Assembly: GCA_003702525.1 (NCBI GenBank)
Contig: REGJ01000002.1
Span: 7,984-71,983 of the forward strand
Direction of reading: 5' to 3'
Length of the DNA: 64,000 nucleotides
Source: Nitrosopumilus sp.
GTDB lineage: Archaea; Thermoproteota; Nitrososphaeria; Nitrososphaerales; Nitrosopumilaceae
Part shown: one piece after another, positions 10,027 to 20,892 of the stretch
Numbering within the stretch: position 1 is the stretch's first letter
Layout: each line of letters begins with the position of its first letter
Notes under the pieces: generated by a model
Database searches by the model: none
What the model was told of the DNA's origin: nothing
What the model saw: the letters and a program-made list of their open reading frames with translations, nothing else
Position numbers and translations under genes: made by a program

Positions 10027-11374
10027 ATGAATTCTTTCTTGTAACAAAAATCACAGATACAATAGAAACTATCAATACAAGTAATGCAATGGTACCAAAT
10101 TCAGGCGCAACCATAATTCCAAATTCAGTATCTTGTCCAGTGTTTCTAATATTTTCAAATTTGATTGTTGTAGGACCTGTTTGATCTTCAGCAAAAGTGA
10201 ATTTTTCAAATTCACCACCAATTGTTGCGGTTCCAGATACACGGTGTAACTCATCTCCGTTTTGAATGATTACAAATGAATAATCAGAGTTTCTCAGAGG
10301 TTCATTTGTTCTTGCATCCCTAATAGTAAAGATAAAAGTTGTCTCAACTCCTGGTTCAAGGTCTATAGGATCCCATGACAAATTCACTTTGAACTCTTCA
10401 CTCTTTGTAAATGCCTCTAATGGAAATGATATTTTTTCATTTGTAGTTAATGTAAAAACAATATTGTCCGGTAGTGGCTCATCAGATTTTTTCATCTCAT
10501 TTTTTAGGAATCTTAGATGGTCTTGCAACAAAACAAAGTGAACTATTCTTTCATCTTCTTCTGTATAATCATCAATTGATACTGAAGCTTTGAATAATTC
10601 AATTCCATTTGCATATCCTGAATAACTAGGACTCAAAAATTCAATGAAATGTTTTGGAAAATGTACTTCTTCGTGCACAACTGTAACATGAGACATGCTG
10701 TCCTCGCTCCAATCAAAAGGCATCTCAAAGGTTACAGTTTTTCCAATAGGATCATATTGAAAATTCTGAATTTGATCAAAATAGGATTTCATTCTAAATT
10801 CCACATCATTTCCTTCAGCATCTTCTTGAGGATGAGAGGTAGTCTCAACAAGTGTCAAATCTGCACGATATACACCTGAATCTTCTATGATGTTGGTTGG
10901 CTCATCAATGGTTCTGACCTCAATTTCAAAGGTAAACAATCCACCTGAATCAAAGACAGGACCTGCAATCTCTATTGGAGTTGATTCAGTTGCATGATAG
11001 GCACCCAAAAGTGAATCTTGCTCTCCATTAATTACAAAATTATCATACCCTTGCTGGGACAGTACAGTTATTGGCAAAACACCATTTTCTGTGAAAAAGT
11101 AATTTCTAAAAATCATCTCATTGCTATGGAATAATCCAATGAGAAATGTGACATTTTTTGCAGGCTCGTCTGTCTCTTTGTCAGTTGCAGTAATTGTAAT
11201 TTGTTCTTGCTCATTTTCAAAGTACATTGGCATCTCAACTGAAATTGAGATTTCTTTTCCAGCAACATCTACTGAGGATATTGTATCAATTCCCAGTCCA
11301 TGACCATAAACGCTGCTAGCTGGAAACAACAAACATACTGCCAAAGCCATGATTGAAAGTTTGGAAATTGACAT
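10007..11374 (-). CDS. PEFG-CTERM surface protein, mature N-terminus HGLG; paralog of 1..1710
   Basis: VYG|HGLGIDT; FEMPFDW, VVHEEV, IVHF motifs shared with gene at 1..1710; VAPEFG + TM. Confidence 0.88.
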   Translation of the reverse strand: MSISKLSIMALAVCLLFPASSVYGHGLGIDTISSVDVAGKEISISVEMPMYFENEQEQITITATDKETDEPAKNVTFLIGLFHSNEMIFRNYFFTENGVLPITVLSQQGYDNFVINGEQDSLLGAYHATESTPIEIAGPVFDSGGLFTFEIEVRTIDEPTNIIEDSGVYRADLTLVETTSHPQEDAEGNDVEFRMKSYFDQIQNFQYDPIGKTVTFEMPFDWSEDSMSHVTVVHEEVHFPKHFIEFLSPSYSGYANGIELFKASVSIDDYTEEDERIVHFVLLQDHLRFLKNEMKKSDEPLPDNIVFTLTTNEKISFPLEAFTKSEEFKVNLSWDPIDLEPGVETTFIFTIRDARTNEPLRNSDYSFVIIQNGDELHRVSGTATIGGEFEKFTFAEDQTGPTTIKFENIRNTGQDTEFGIMVAPEFGTIALLVLIVSIVSVIFVTRKNSFRLQQV

Positions 11375-11395
11375 GATCTCAAATCTTACCTAGGT

Positions 11396-12109
11396 CTATT
11401 TTACTGTGAGTAATTCTTCAACATTTTGAAGTAATTCATTCATTGTCGTAGCCTCTAGTATTGGTTGTAAATCATTAGGATCTTTTGCTCCAAGTGCAGA
11501 AAGTGAATAGATGTAATCAATTGTAGGAGTATCAGTTGTAAGATAGTATTGTTCTAAAACATGATGTAAAGAATGTGGTTCAACTACTTGTGGTAGTGCT
11601 TGTTTGATAATTTTCTTTTTCCATAATTCAACAAGATTCTGCCATGTATCAATAGAAATATCATCATCAATTTCTGGAATCATTTCAACTTCAGCTTGAA
11701 TGTACATTTTTGCTTCAGTTCCAATTTTTTCATGTATCTCCGAGATTTGCTGGTGTCCTTCAACTGAAAGTGGATCATAGTTTTCAGGTTGAGGAATTGA
11801 TGGTGGAATAATTTTTTTAATTTTAAATGAATTTCTTCCCAGTGTCTCAATGTGGAGTTGCAGTCCATCCATTTCAACGTCTGAGCATTTTGTAATTTTT
11901 GCAATGGTTCCCACCATTTTAGGAGAGTTCCAACCACTAACAGAATTTGTCTCATCAATAAGACAGACACCAAACTGACCATCACCTAGCATACAATCAT
12001 CAACTAGCTGCTTGTAGCGAGGCTCAAAAATCCTCAAAGGTAGTTCTTGTCTAGGGAATAATACCAAATCCAATGGAAAGATTGGGATAACTTTAGTTTC
12101 TGTCAACAA
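11396..12109 (-). CDS. Stand-alone LON peptidase substrate-binding domain protein
   Basis: IPIFPLDLVLFP...LPLRIFEPRY motif. Confidence 0.85.
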   Translation of the reverse strand: MLTETKVIPIFPLDLVLFPRQELPLRIFEPRYKQLVDDCMLGDGQFGVCLIDETNSVSGWNSPKMVGTIAKITKCSDVEMDGLQLHIETLGRNSFKIKKIIPPSIPQPENYDPLSVEGHQQISEIHEKIGTEAKMYIQAEVEMIPEIDDDISIDTWQNLVELWKKKIIKQALPQVVEPHSLHHVLEQYYLTTDTPTIDYIYSLSALGAKDPNDLQPILEATTMNELLQNVEELLTVK

Positions 12110-12147
12110 TGATGTTCAAACGTCTCTAGATATATGGAATACGGATT

Positions 12148-13077
12148 CTAGAAGCCGTTCTCATTTAATGTCAAGCCCAACAGTGCAGCACGAGTGTATT
12201 TTCCATATTCGGCTTGCTCGAAATATTTCGCATTCTTGGTTTTGTCAACATCAGTTGAGATTTCATCAATTCTTGGAAGAGGATGCAAGATTATGCTATC
12301 ATCTTTCATCTGTTTGAGCAAGTCCAATCCAACAACATAGCTTCCCTTTACTTTGAGATATTCTTCTTCATCAGGGAATCGCTCTTTTTGGATTCTTGTC
12401 ACATACAAGACATCAAGATCATCAATGTGTTCTTCAATGTTAGTTGATTCAGTATAATCCAGTTTCTTTTTGATTTCATATGTTGAGTCAGATCTAATTC
12501 TTAATGATTCAGGAGAAATTAATCTTACATCAACATCATAGTTTCCTAGTCCATGCAAAAGTGAATAAACAGTTCTTCCATATTTTAGGTCACCAACAAT
12601 TCCAATTTTTAGGCCATCAATCTTTTTCTTTTCTTTTTTAATTGTGTACAAGTCTTGAATTGCCTGGGTTGGATGCTCTTCTGTTCCACTACCAGCATTA
12701 ATTACTGGTTTGTCTGAAACTTCAGCTGCAAATCTACTAGAACCATCAAGAGGATGTCGCAAAACCATTGCGTCAGAATAGATGGAGATGATTCTAACTG
12801 TGTCTGCAAGACTTTCTCCTTTTTGAGTTGAGGATGAAGTGATATCAGAAATTCCTAAAGAGTTGCCTCCAATTGATGCCATTGCAGCTTCAAAACTTAG
12901 TCTAGTTCTGGTGCTTGGCTCATAAAACAAATATCCTAAAGTCTTGCCCTTACAAATCTCCCTTCTATCAATTGGATTAAGAGAGATAATTTTATCAGTT
13001 GATTCAAAGATTTTTTCAAGTTGATCCTTGGTAAAGTCCTTAATTGAGATTATGTCTTTTTGGTAGAACTCGTTCAT
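12148..13077 (-). CDS. pyrB: Aspartate carbamoyltransferase catalytic subunit
   Basis: FYEPSTRTRLSFE, HPTQ, HPLPR. Confidence 0.97.
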   Translation of the reverse strand: MNEFYQKDIISIKDFTKDQLEKIFESTDKIISLNPIDRREICKGKTLGYLFYEPSTRTRLSFEAAMASIGGNSLGISDITSSSTQKGESLADTVRIISIYSDAMVLRHPLDGSSRFAAEVSDKPVINAGSGTEEHPTQAIQDLYTIKKEKKKIDGLKIGIVGDLKYGRTVYSLLHGLGNYDVDVRLISPESLRIRSDSTYEIKKKLDYTESTNIEEHIDDLDVLYVTRIQKERFPDEEEYLKVKGSYVVGLDLLKQMKDDSIILHPLPRIDEISTDVDKTKNAKYFEQAEYGKYTRAALLGLTLNENGF

Positions 13078-13118
13078 TCTCTCAATGATATATACAGGTG
13101 GGTATACAAAGTATTCTG

Positions 13119-13580
13119 ATGGAACAGTCCGAACTTATGGTTCGACGAATCAAAGAAGGCACTGTAATTGACCACATTGATGAAGGCAAGGGTATTCAGG
13201 TACTCAATGCCCTTAGAATCGATGGAAGTGATGGGAGTTTAATCACCATAGCCCTAAATGTCCCAAGTGGCAAATTTAAGAAAAAAGACATCATCAAAGT
13301 TGAAAACAAGTTTCTAAAAGATGATGATACTAACAAGTTGGCAGTAATTGCGCCAAAAGCAACCATCAACATGATCAAAGATTACAAGTTGGTAGAGAAG
13401 AGAAGAGTTTCACTACCAAATGAGATTGATAGAATATTTCGATGCTCAAACCCTGATTGTGTCACAAACAGTACTGAACGTATCGAATCAATCATGGATG
13501 TTATTGACAAAGAAGGACGAGTTCTCAAGTGTAGATATTGTTCTAGAGTCTTGGATGTAAACCAGCTAAAATATAATTAA
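13119..13580 (+). CDS. pyrI: Aspartate carbamoyltransferase regulatory subunit
   Basis: GTVIDHI, CSNPDC...CRYC zinc site; ATG 13119 preferred start. Confidence 0.96.
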   Translation: MEQSELMVRRIKEGTVIDHIDEGKGIQVLNALRIDGSDGSLITIALNVPSGKFKKKDIIKVENKFLKDDDTNKLAVIAPKATINMIKDYKLVEKRRVSLPNEIDRIFRCSNPDCVTNSTERIESIMDVIDKEGRVLKCRYCSRVLDVNQLKYN

Positions 13581-13615
13581 AAAATTTTAAAAATTGAAAA
13601 ATATGTTGTTTAGGA

Positions 13616-13924
13616 CTATTGTCCTAAGATGATAAACATCATGACTATACCGTAGATTGCGATTGACTCGACCATACCTACGAAGATGAACACCTTAGAT
13701 TGTAATGCTGGGTTCTCACTAATGACTGCAAGACCTGCTGCACCTACTTGACCAAGACCAATACCAGCACCAAATGCTGCAAGACCGAATGCTAGACCAG
13801 CACCGAGAATTTTCAATGAGTCTGAACTTCCTGCTGCTCCATCTTCTGCAGCGTAAGCAAGACTAGTAGATCCTGAAATAGAAATTACAGCTGCTGCCAT
13901 AAGTAACAAGACTATAGTTTTCAT
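13616..13924 (-). CDS. atpK: A-type ATP synthase proteolipid subunit c/K
   Basis: Gly/Ala-rich hairpin with VESIAIYG conserved Glu; N-terminal signal-like extension. Confidence 0.93.
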   Translation of the reverse strand: MKTIVLLLMAAAVISISGSTSLAYAAEDGAAGSSDSLKILGAGLAFGLAAFGAGIGLGQVGAAGLAVISENPALQSKVFIFVGMVESIAIYGIVMMFIILGQ

Positions 13925-13973
13925 GGATGATGTGCCTCCTCAAAGTCCATATTTAAATCATGGTGAGATTGGA

Positions 13974-14105
13974 TTATACTTTTTCTAGTGCTTTCTTTTT
14001 GAAAGAACTTAGATCGTCTTTAACAGACTTTGCAAAATTTTCATGTTCACTTTCTAGGGAACGTTTAGAATCTTCAATGATTTTTTTGATCTCTTCTTTT
14101 GCCAT
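13974..14105 (-). CDS. 43-aa charged helical protein inside ATPase cluster
   Basis: Hand translation MAKEEIKKIIEDSKRSLESEHENFAKSVKDDLSSFKKKALEKV; ATG 1 nt after atpD stop. Confidence 0.75.
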   Translation of the reverse strand: MAKEEIKKIIEDSKRSLESEHENFAKSVKDDLSSFKKKALEKV

Positions 14106-14106
14106 T

Positions 14107-14736
14107 TTATCTACTCTCCATCTTAGCCTTGACTTTTTTTAACTTTGCGAATTCTTCTCTTTCTCTCTCTTCAAGAGTAGCAATGATGAATCTCACCTTT
14201 TGTTGATATTGAGGAATAATGACATTTTCAAGAGCGTTAAGTAATTTCTGAGTCTTTTCTAATGCTTTTGCAAGACTGAAAATAGAATTTTCATATTCTG
14301 CTGCTTTGCAGATTTTTGGCAAAAGTTCTTTGATCTGTTTTGCACCTCTGTCAATTGAAGAGTTTGTATCAGCAAAGCCATATGGCATTGACTTTGTGTC
14401 TTTTTCAGTAACAGTTAGTGCGGGAATCTTTACATCAACTACTCTTCTGACATCAACAGATACTTCCATTACAGATGGGGTTGATTCGGCAACAGAGTCT
14501 ACAGTTGAAGAACCTAATGCCAAGTATGCTTCGTTAACAGAACTGTAGATGTCTTGTAGGGGCTCCCAGATTCCACCTCTAGCTTTTGAGGCTTCTTCAA
14601 TCATCTCTTCAATGTTTTTTAGGAGAACTTTACGCTTATCATCTAGAATTTTCTGCACCATTACGGCTACTTGGCTAGATTTTTTGTATTTGAAAAGTTC
14701 AATTTTTGTGGCAGCAACATTTTGTCCAAATGACAT
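14107..14736 (-). CDS. atpD: A-type ATP synthase subunit D
   Basis: ATKIEL, LNALENVIIP, LEEREREEF. Confidence 0.95.
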   Translation of the reverse strand: MSFGQNVAATKIELFKYKKSSQVAVMVQKILDDKRKVLLKNIEEMIEEASKARGGIWEPLQDIYSSVNEAYLALGSSTVDSVAESTPSVMEVSVDVRRVVDVKIPALTVTEKDTKSMPYGFADTNSSIDRGAKQIKELLPKICKAAEYENSIFSLAKALEKTQKLLNALENVIIPQYQQKVRFIIATLEEREREEFAKLKKVKAKMESR

Positions 14737-14740
14737 TTTG

Positions 14741-16126
14741 CTACTCTTCCTTGTAATATTGTTCTACGTACTTATCTTTGATTTTTGTAATCTCGTTCTT
14801 TGGTAGTTTAGATACAATCTTCCATAAGATACCTAATGTCTCTTCAATGGTTCTATTCTCATCAGTTGCTTGTGAGAGGAATTCATTTTCAAAGACATCA
14901 CCAACATCCATGTATTTCAAATCGATTTCAGTAAGTCCTGCTTTACCTACAATTCCTGCAAGTGCTCTGACTTCTTGTGCTCTAGAATATGCATCATAAA
15001 CTTGATTTGAAATTTCACCATGATCTGCCCTGGTACTTCCTTCACCGATACCGTCTTTCATTAGTCTTGAAAGACTCATCAAGATGTTTACTGGTGGATA
15101 AACTCCTTGTCTGAACAAATCTCTACCAAGTACAATTTGTCCTTCTGTAATGTAACCAGTAAGGTCAGGAATTGGGTGAGTAATATCATCAGAAGGCATT
15201 GACAAGATTGGAACTTGTGTAACACTTCCTTTCTTTCCGTTTAGTTTTCCTGCTCTTTCATAGATTGTTGAAAGGTCAGTGTAAAGATAACCAGGATAAC
15301 CTTTTCTTCCAGGTACTTCTTCTCTTGCTGCACTAATCTCTCTGAGTGCTTCTGCATAGTTTGTCATATCTGTAAGAATTACCAGTACGTGCATTCCTAA
15401 TTCAAATGCCAAATATTCAGCGACAGTTAATGCAACACGAGGAGTAATGATTCTCTCAATTGCAGGATCGTCTGCTGTGTTTAAGAAAAGAACACTTCTT
15501 TTTAGAGCACCAGATTCTTCAAGACTTCTTCTGAAATATTCTGCTTCACTGTATTGCACACCAATTGCTGCAAAGACCACAGCGAAATCATCTTGTGTAC
15601 CAATAACGCTTGCCTGTCTTGCGATTTGGGCTGCTAAGAGGTTGTGTGACATACCAGAACCTGAAAAGATTGGAAGTTTTTGTCCTCTTACAAGAGTAAT
15701 CATTCCATCAATTACTGAAACACCAGTTTGAATGAAATCTTTTGGATATTCACGTTGTTCTGGGTTCATTGGTTCACCGTTAATGTCAATAAATTTATCA
15801 GCAATAGGATCTGGCAGTCCATCTTTTGGTCTACCTAAACCATCAAAGACTCTACCAAGTACTTCTCTTGAAACTGGCATCTCCATAACTTTACCGACAA
15901 ATTTTGCATTTGTTGCAGCAATAGATAATCCAGTAGTTCCCTCAAAGACTTGCACGATTGCTTTACCATTTCCAACTTCGAGAACTTTACCTAATCTTCT
16001 TTCACCATCTTTAGTTTCAACTTCAACTAATTCGTCAAATGCTGCATTCTCAACGTCATCTACAATAACTAGAGGACCTTTGATTTCTGCAATCTTACTG
16101 TATTGAACTCCGCCTTCTGCTGTCAA
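14741..16126 (-). CDS. atpB: A-type ATP synthase subunit B
   Basis: [24 protein letters not shown]. Confidence 0.98.
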   Translation of the reverse strand: MTAEGGVQYSKIAEIKGPLVIVDDVENAAFDELVEVETKDGERRLGKVLEVGNGKAIVQVFEGTTGLSIAATNAKFVGKVMEMPVSREVLGRVFDGLGRPKDGLPDPIADKFIDINGEPMNPEQREYPKDFIQTGVSVIDGMITLVRGQKLPIFSGSGMSHNLLAAQIARQASVIGTQDDFAVVFAAIGVQYSEAEYFRRSLEESGALKRSVLFLNTADDPAIERIITPRVALTVAEYLAFELGMHVLVILTDMTNYAEALREISAAREEVPGRKGYPGYLYTDLSTIYERAGKLNGKKGSVTQVPILSMPSDDITHPIPDLTGYITEGQIVLGRDLFRQGVYPPVNILMSLSRLMKDGIGEGSTRADHGEISNQVYDAYSRAQEVRALAGIVGKAGLTEIDLKYMDVGDVFENEFLSQATDENRTIEETLGILWKIVSKLPKNEITKIKDKYVEQYYKEE

Positions 16127-17901
16127 TTTGATACTTTCACTCCTGTAATTGATTTGAATTCTTCTTGCATATCTGCATCTAGCTGATCAAGTTTTGGCAT
16201 CTCATCATCTTTGACATCCATTCTTGCTTTGAGAAGTGTTGTAATACTTTTCATTGCACGAATATCTGCAAGAGGAGTTCCTTCCTTGATTGCTTGTTGA
16301 CCTTTCTTGTAAAAGTCAACTAGTAATTTCATTAGTTTGTATTGTTTCTCTGGGCTACAATAAGTGTCAACATCATCAAATGAGTTTTGTTGTAAGAGAC
16401 CAATCTTTACCATTCTAGCAACTTCAAGAATTAATTTCTCTTCATCTGGAAGTGCTTCAGGACCTAAGAGTCTAACAATTTCTTTTAGTGTATCTTCTCT
16501 TTGCAAGACACCATAAACTTCACTTCTAAGACTCAACCAGTCTTCGTTGATGTTCTCGCCCCACCACTTTGCAATGTCTGCAAGATAACCAGAATAGCTG
16601 TTCATCCAGTTAATTGATGGATAGTGTCTAGAGTATGCTAGCTTTGCATCCAAAGCCCAGAATGTTTTGATAAATCTCATGGTGTGAGTTGTAACTGGTT
16701 CTGTAAAGTCACCACCAGATGGTGAAACAGCACCAATCAAAGTTACAGAACCATCACGGTCTGGACTTCCTGCTGCTCTAACACGACCTGCTCTTTCATA
16801 GAATTCTGCTAATCTTGATGCAAGATATGATGGATAACCTTCTTCTGCTGGCATCTCTTCTAATCTACCACTCATCTCTCTGAGTGCTTCTGCCCATCTA
16901 CTTGTGGAATCTGCTACAAGTACAACGTCTTTACCCATATCTCTGTAATATTCTGCAATTGTTACACCAGTGTAGATACTTGCTTCTCTTGCTGCTACTG
17001 GCATGTTACTGGTATTTGCAACAAGTACGGTTCTGTCCATAAGTGGTTTTCCACTACGTGGGTCTTTGAGGTGTGGGAACTCGACAAGTACTTCTGTCAT
17101 TTCGTTTCCTCTTTCACCACAACCGATGTAAACTACAACTTGGGAGTCTGCCCATTTTGCAATTTGGTGTAGTGTGACAGTCTTTCCTGTTCCAAATGCT
17201 CCTGGAATTGAACCTGTTCCTCCTTTTGCAATTGGGAAGAATGTGTCAATAACACGTTGTCCAGTAAGTAGTGGTACGGTTGGATCGTATCTGTTCTTGT
17301 ATGGACGTGGCTTTCTTACTGGCCATCTGTGATACATTTTGAGTTCGATATTTCCACCTTCACCATCAGTTGTTGCTAATACAGTTTCTAAATCATAATC
17401 TCCTTCTGATACTAAGTTTGAAATTTTTCCACCTTTGTGGTCTGGTGGAACCATAATAGAGTGCTCAATAAGATCAGTTTCTTGAACAATACCAATTACA
17501 TTTCCTGCTGCAACTTCATCGCCATTACTAACGGATGGGACAAAGTGATACTTTTTGGTCATGTCAACTGGAGTAGTTGTGATACCTCTTCCGATAAATG
17601 AGCCAGAAGCTTCTGATAATGCTCTTAGTGGTCTTTGAATTCCATCATAAAGTTGTCCAATAATTCCAGGACCTAACAAAACGCTGAGTGGGTTTCCAGT
17701 ACCAACTACTGGTTCACCTGGTTTTAGTCCACTGGTTGATTCGTATACTTGAATGAATGCTACGTCTCCGGTTAATCTAATTACTTCACCGACTAATTTT
17801 GAATCGCCGACAGTTACAGTTTCGTACATCTTTGCTTCAGACATACCATCTGCTCTAACTGCAGGTCCACTTACCCAAACAATTCTACCTTGAGCTGCCA
17901 T
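16123..17901 (-). CDS. atpA: A-type ATP synthase subunit A
   Basis: GAFGTGKT P-loop, [15 protein letters not shown]; no intein. Confidence 0.98.
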   Translation of the reverse strand: MAAQGRIVWVSGPAVRADGMSEAKMYETVTVGDSKLVGEVIRLTGDVAFIQVYESTSGLKPGEPVVGTGNPLSVLLGPGIIGQLYDGIQRPLRALSEASGSFIGRGITTTPVDMTKKYHFVPSVSNGDEVAAGNVIGIVQETDLIEHSIMVPPDHKGGKISNLVSEGDYDLETVLATTDGEGGNIELKMYHRWPVRKPRPYKNRYDPTVPLLTGQRVIDTFFPIAKGGTGSIPGAFGTGKTVTLHQIAKWADSQVVVYIGCGERGNEMTEVLVEFPHLKDPRSGKPLMDRTVLVANTSNMPVAAREASIYTGVTIAEYYRDMGKDVVLVADSTSRWAEALREMSGRLEEMPAEEGYPSYLASRLAEFYERAGRVRAAGSPDRDGSVTLIGAVSPSGGDFTEPVTTHTMRFIKTFWALDAKLAYSRHYPSINWMNSYSGYLADIAKWWGENINEDWLSLRSEVYGVLQREDTLKEIVRLLGPEALPDEEKLILEVARMVKIGLLQQNSFDDVDTYCSPEKQYKLMKLLVDFYKKGQQAIKEGTPLADIRAMKSITTLLKARMDVKDDEMPKLDQLDADMQEEFKSITGVKVSN

Positions 17902-17902
17902 C

Positions 17903-18499
17903 TTATTCTCCTACCCCGAATTTGGATGCAATCTCTTTCCTTATTAAAGGCTTCAGACGTTCAATTCTTGCATCGATCGTATTGTCAAATGTCATTGCAC
18001 CATCTTTTGATTTTACAACAACTCCACCAAGACAATCAATTGTATCAGAAGACAATTCAGCTCCTGAGAATTGAGATAATGTTGACTGAACTACGTCTTT
18101 GTCTTTTGCATTTGTAGAAACTGAAATTTCTGAAGTTCCCAAAATTTGGGTTGCTTCTTCAATCATTGTTTTAATTAAATTGGAATAATCACCACTGCGA
18201 TCAGCATTTGCAATTTGATCAAGTGCTTTTGAAAATACTTTGTCAACTGCGTCTTCTAATGCCATTAATTGCTTGTTTCTAGCCTCAATATCGGCACTTC
18301 CCATAATCTGTTTTTCAATTTTGTCTGCCTCTTTCTTTCCATCTGCAAGAATTTTATCATATTCTTGTTCTAATTTAGGAACAGAATCATCAAGGGTTTT
18401 GAGGGATTCATTTAGGGCAGATTCAACATTTGAAATGACGGACTTTTCAGTTTGTTCAAGAATTTTGCTAATAGTGGTTTCTAAAGCAGAATTTGCCAA
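17903..18499 (-). CDS. atpE: A-type ATP synthase subunit E
   Basis: N-terminal coiled coil; LGGVVV...FDNTIDARI. Confidence 0.93.
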   Translation of the reverse strand: MANSALETTISKILEQTEKSVISNVESALNESLKTLDDSVPKLEQEYDKILADGKKEADKIEKQIMGSADIEARNKQLMALEDAVDKVFSKALDQIANADRSGDYSNLIKTMIEEATQILGTSEISVSTNAKDKDVVQSTLSQFSGAELSSDTIDCLGGVVVKSKDGAMTFDNTIDARIERLKPLIRKEIASKFGVGE

Positions 18500-18590
18500 T
18501 GAGTCGCGTAAATCCGTAATAGATTTTAATGTTTGGGAATTTGGCCGTTCAGAAAGATATTAAAATCAAAGGAGTTACCGTTGGATTATC

Positions 18591-20690
18591 TTGGGAGTAG
18601 CCGATCTAAAACTTGGAAGTGTAATTTTACCAAGAAGTGAGTCTCCAAGAGCAATTTCCAGACTAACAGAATTTGAATGGTTTCACAAAATCGATACTGA
18701 AAATGACTTAGTCACACCAGAAATCGATGATCTCCTGCTAGAGGCACAAAAAACATACCAAGCAATTGATGATGTGGTTAAAGGATTGGGAGTTCCACCA
18801 ACTGTAGGAATTCTAGAGATCTTGTTCAAAGGAACTATGATCAAAAAGAAGGATTACGAGATTGGAGAGATTGAGGACATGATAGAGGATCTCAAAAAGA
18901 AAACTCCATCAGTTATTGACGAGCCAGCAAAACTCCTAGAAGAGCAAGCAGACGCAAAACGAGGAATTGAAGAATATCGTTCATTAAAAGAGACTCTCGA
19001 AATTGCCAAAAAACTCAACATTGATCTTTCAGGATTTGGATTGATGAAATATTTCTACACAAATCTCTTTGTTATAGAATCTGCAGACTTTGAAGAAATT
19101 AGCAGAGCATTAGAAGGCATTACATTTTACAAATATGATTTAGAAAGTAAAGACAAAGCCGCAATCTTGGTAATTTGTGGAATTGATGATTCTGAAAAAG
19201 CACTCAAGGTACTTAGAGGATTCAATGCAAATCCATTTTCAATTCCAGATGGCATGTCACAGATTCCATCAGAGGCATATGCCACTGCTGAGGCAAAACT
19301 AAAAGAACTCACAGCAAAACAGGCACAAATTGCAAAGCAGATTGCAAAAATCACAAAGAACATCAGACGCGATATTCTAGTATTACACGAAGAGGCACTA
19401 GTTGCAAAAGATGTCCTTGAGACTTTGAGAAAACCAGGTGGAACTAAACATTTTGCACTTATCCAAGGATTCATCCCAAGTAAGATGGAAGAAAAGTTCA
19501 AGAACATTACAAACCAATGGACTTCAGTAACTGAAGAAATTACAGATCCTAAACACCAAGAACAAGTTCCAACATTATTTGATAATAAAAAATTCGTTAG
19601 AACATTTGAAGTAATCACAGAAAGTCAAGGAATTCCAAGAAAGGGAGAGGCAGATCCTACACCAATGATTGCTCTTATGTGGCCAATTTTCTACGGATTG
19701 ATGTTTGCAGATACAGGTCACGGATTGCTTTTGATGGGAATGGGATTATTATTCAAATTCAAAGGACAAGGTAATCTTTCCAGATGGGGAATGCTCATTG
19801 CAATCTCTGGAGCAGCATCTGCTATTGCAGGTGTTGGTGCAGGAGAAGCGTTTGGTTATCACATAGATTACTTTGAACCATTTAAGAGCCTATTAGCAGA
19901 AGGAGGACCACTGTATCCAGTTAGTTTCATAGTAGGTATCCTTAGTGTTGCAGAATTATCATTTGAACAAGTAATCAATATTCTCAAAGTTTCATTGTTC
20001 ATCGGAATTATCCATTTGGTTTGGGCAATGATTCTCAGAATTAGAAGACTAGCTAAAGAAGGTCACAAGATTGTCATGTACTTGGAAGCAATTCCAAACA
20101 TTACACTCTATGGAGGTATTGTAGTTATCATGATGTGTGCAATCGGTTCACAATATGATGTGATGAACATGTATTCCAAAGTCCACACAGAAGCTGTTCC
20201 ATGGGTTACAATATTCCTAGGAGACTGGGCACAAGTTTGGATTGTTACAAGAATTGCAGTAGTAATCGTAATTGCATCTATGGCAATGATGATGGTTGGA
20301 GGTATTATGCATGCAAAGAAACATCCAGAAGATGGAGGTTCGGCGGCAAATGTTGTGATGGAAGTATTCCTGGGTAAGACAGTAGAAAGTTTAGCTCACA
20401 CAATTAGTTATGCACGACTTGGTATCATGTTACTGGTGCACGCAGCACTGTTACTGACAGTAAATAACGCATTCAATTCACTTGGTGGTTCTGAATCATT
20501 TGGTGCATGGGCAATGATTATCGGAGGTAACTTGGGAATTATGATGATTGAAGGATTGATTGTATACATCCAGTCACTCAGATTGCACTTGTACGAATAC
20601 TTTACAAAATGGTATGATGGTGGTGCACAACCATTTAGACAAGTTAGACCAGAACTAATCTACAACCAATTCATTTGGAAAAGAAAATAA
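18591..20690 (+). CDS. atpI: A-type ATP synthase subunit I (a)
   Basis: DPTP...FYGLMFADTGHG, ISYARL, LRLHLYEYF. Confidence 0.96.
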   Translation: MGVADLKLGSVILPRSESPRAISRLTEFEWFHKIDTENDLVTPEIDDLLLEAQKTYQAIDDVVKGLGVPPTVGILEILFKGTMIKKKDYEIGEIEDMIEDLKKKTPSVIDEPAKLLEEQADAKRGIEEYRSLKETLEIAKKLNIDLSGFGLMKYFYTNLFVIESADFEEISRALEGITFYKYDLESKDKAAILVICGIDDSEKALKVLRGFNANPFSIPDGMSQIPSEAYATAEAKLKELTAKQAQIAKQIAKITKNIRRDILVLHEEALVAKDVLETLRKPGGTKHFALIQGFIPSKMEEKFKNITNQWTSVTEEITDPKHQEQVPTLFDNKKFVRTFEVITESQGIPRKGEADPTPMIALMWPIFYGLMFADTGHGLLLMGMGLLFKFKGQGNLSRWGMLIAISGAASAIAGVGAGEAFGYHIDYFEPFKSLLAEGGPLYPVSFIVGILSVAELSFEQVINILKVSLFIGIIHLVWAMILRIRRLAKEGHKIVMYLEAIPNITLYGGIVVIMMCAIGSQYDVMNMYSKVHTEAVPWVTIFLGDWAQVWIVTRIAVVIVIASMAMMMVGGIMHAKKHPEDGGSAANVVMEVFLGKTVESLAHTISYARLGIMLLVHAALLLTVNNAFNSLGGSESFGAWAMIIGGNLGIMMIEGLIVYIQSLRLHLYEYFTKWYDGGAQPFRQVRPELIYNQFIWKRK

Positions 20691-20707
20691 AATTTTAAAA
20701 AAAGAAT

Positions 20708-20839
20708 CTAGTCGCCTTTAGCTTTATCGTGTCCTTTTTTGGCAGCATCTTTTGTTCCATCACATCCTTTGGTACCAAGTTCTGCACCTTTTTTAATACC
20801 TGCTTCAGCAGTGTCTTTGAGTTTCTTTAGAAATCCCAG
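20708..20839 (-). CDS. 43-aa Lys/Gly/Ala-rich hydrophilic microprotein, probable CTG start
   Basis: Hand translation (M)GFLKKLKDTAEAGIKKGAELGTKGCDGTKDAAKKGHDKAKGD; in-frame TGA six codons upstream; TATA-like TTTATCTA about 25 nt upstream. Confidence 0.6.
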   Translation of the reverse strand: MGFLKKLKDTAEAGIKKGAELGTKGCDGTKDAAKKGHDKAKGD

Positions 20840-20892
20840 GAGTTCATTGAGATTTCATTAGATAAAAGAGTCAGGGATTTCCTAAAATTGGA

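Noticed and set aside
13960-14142. 60-aa plus-strand ORF
   Set aside because: Antisense shadow of the 43-aa minus-strand gene and the atpD end
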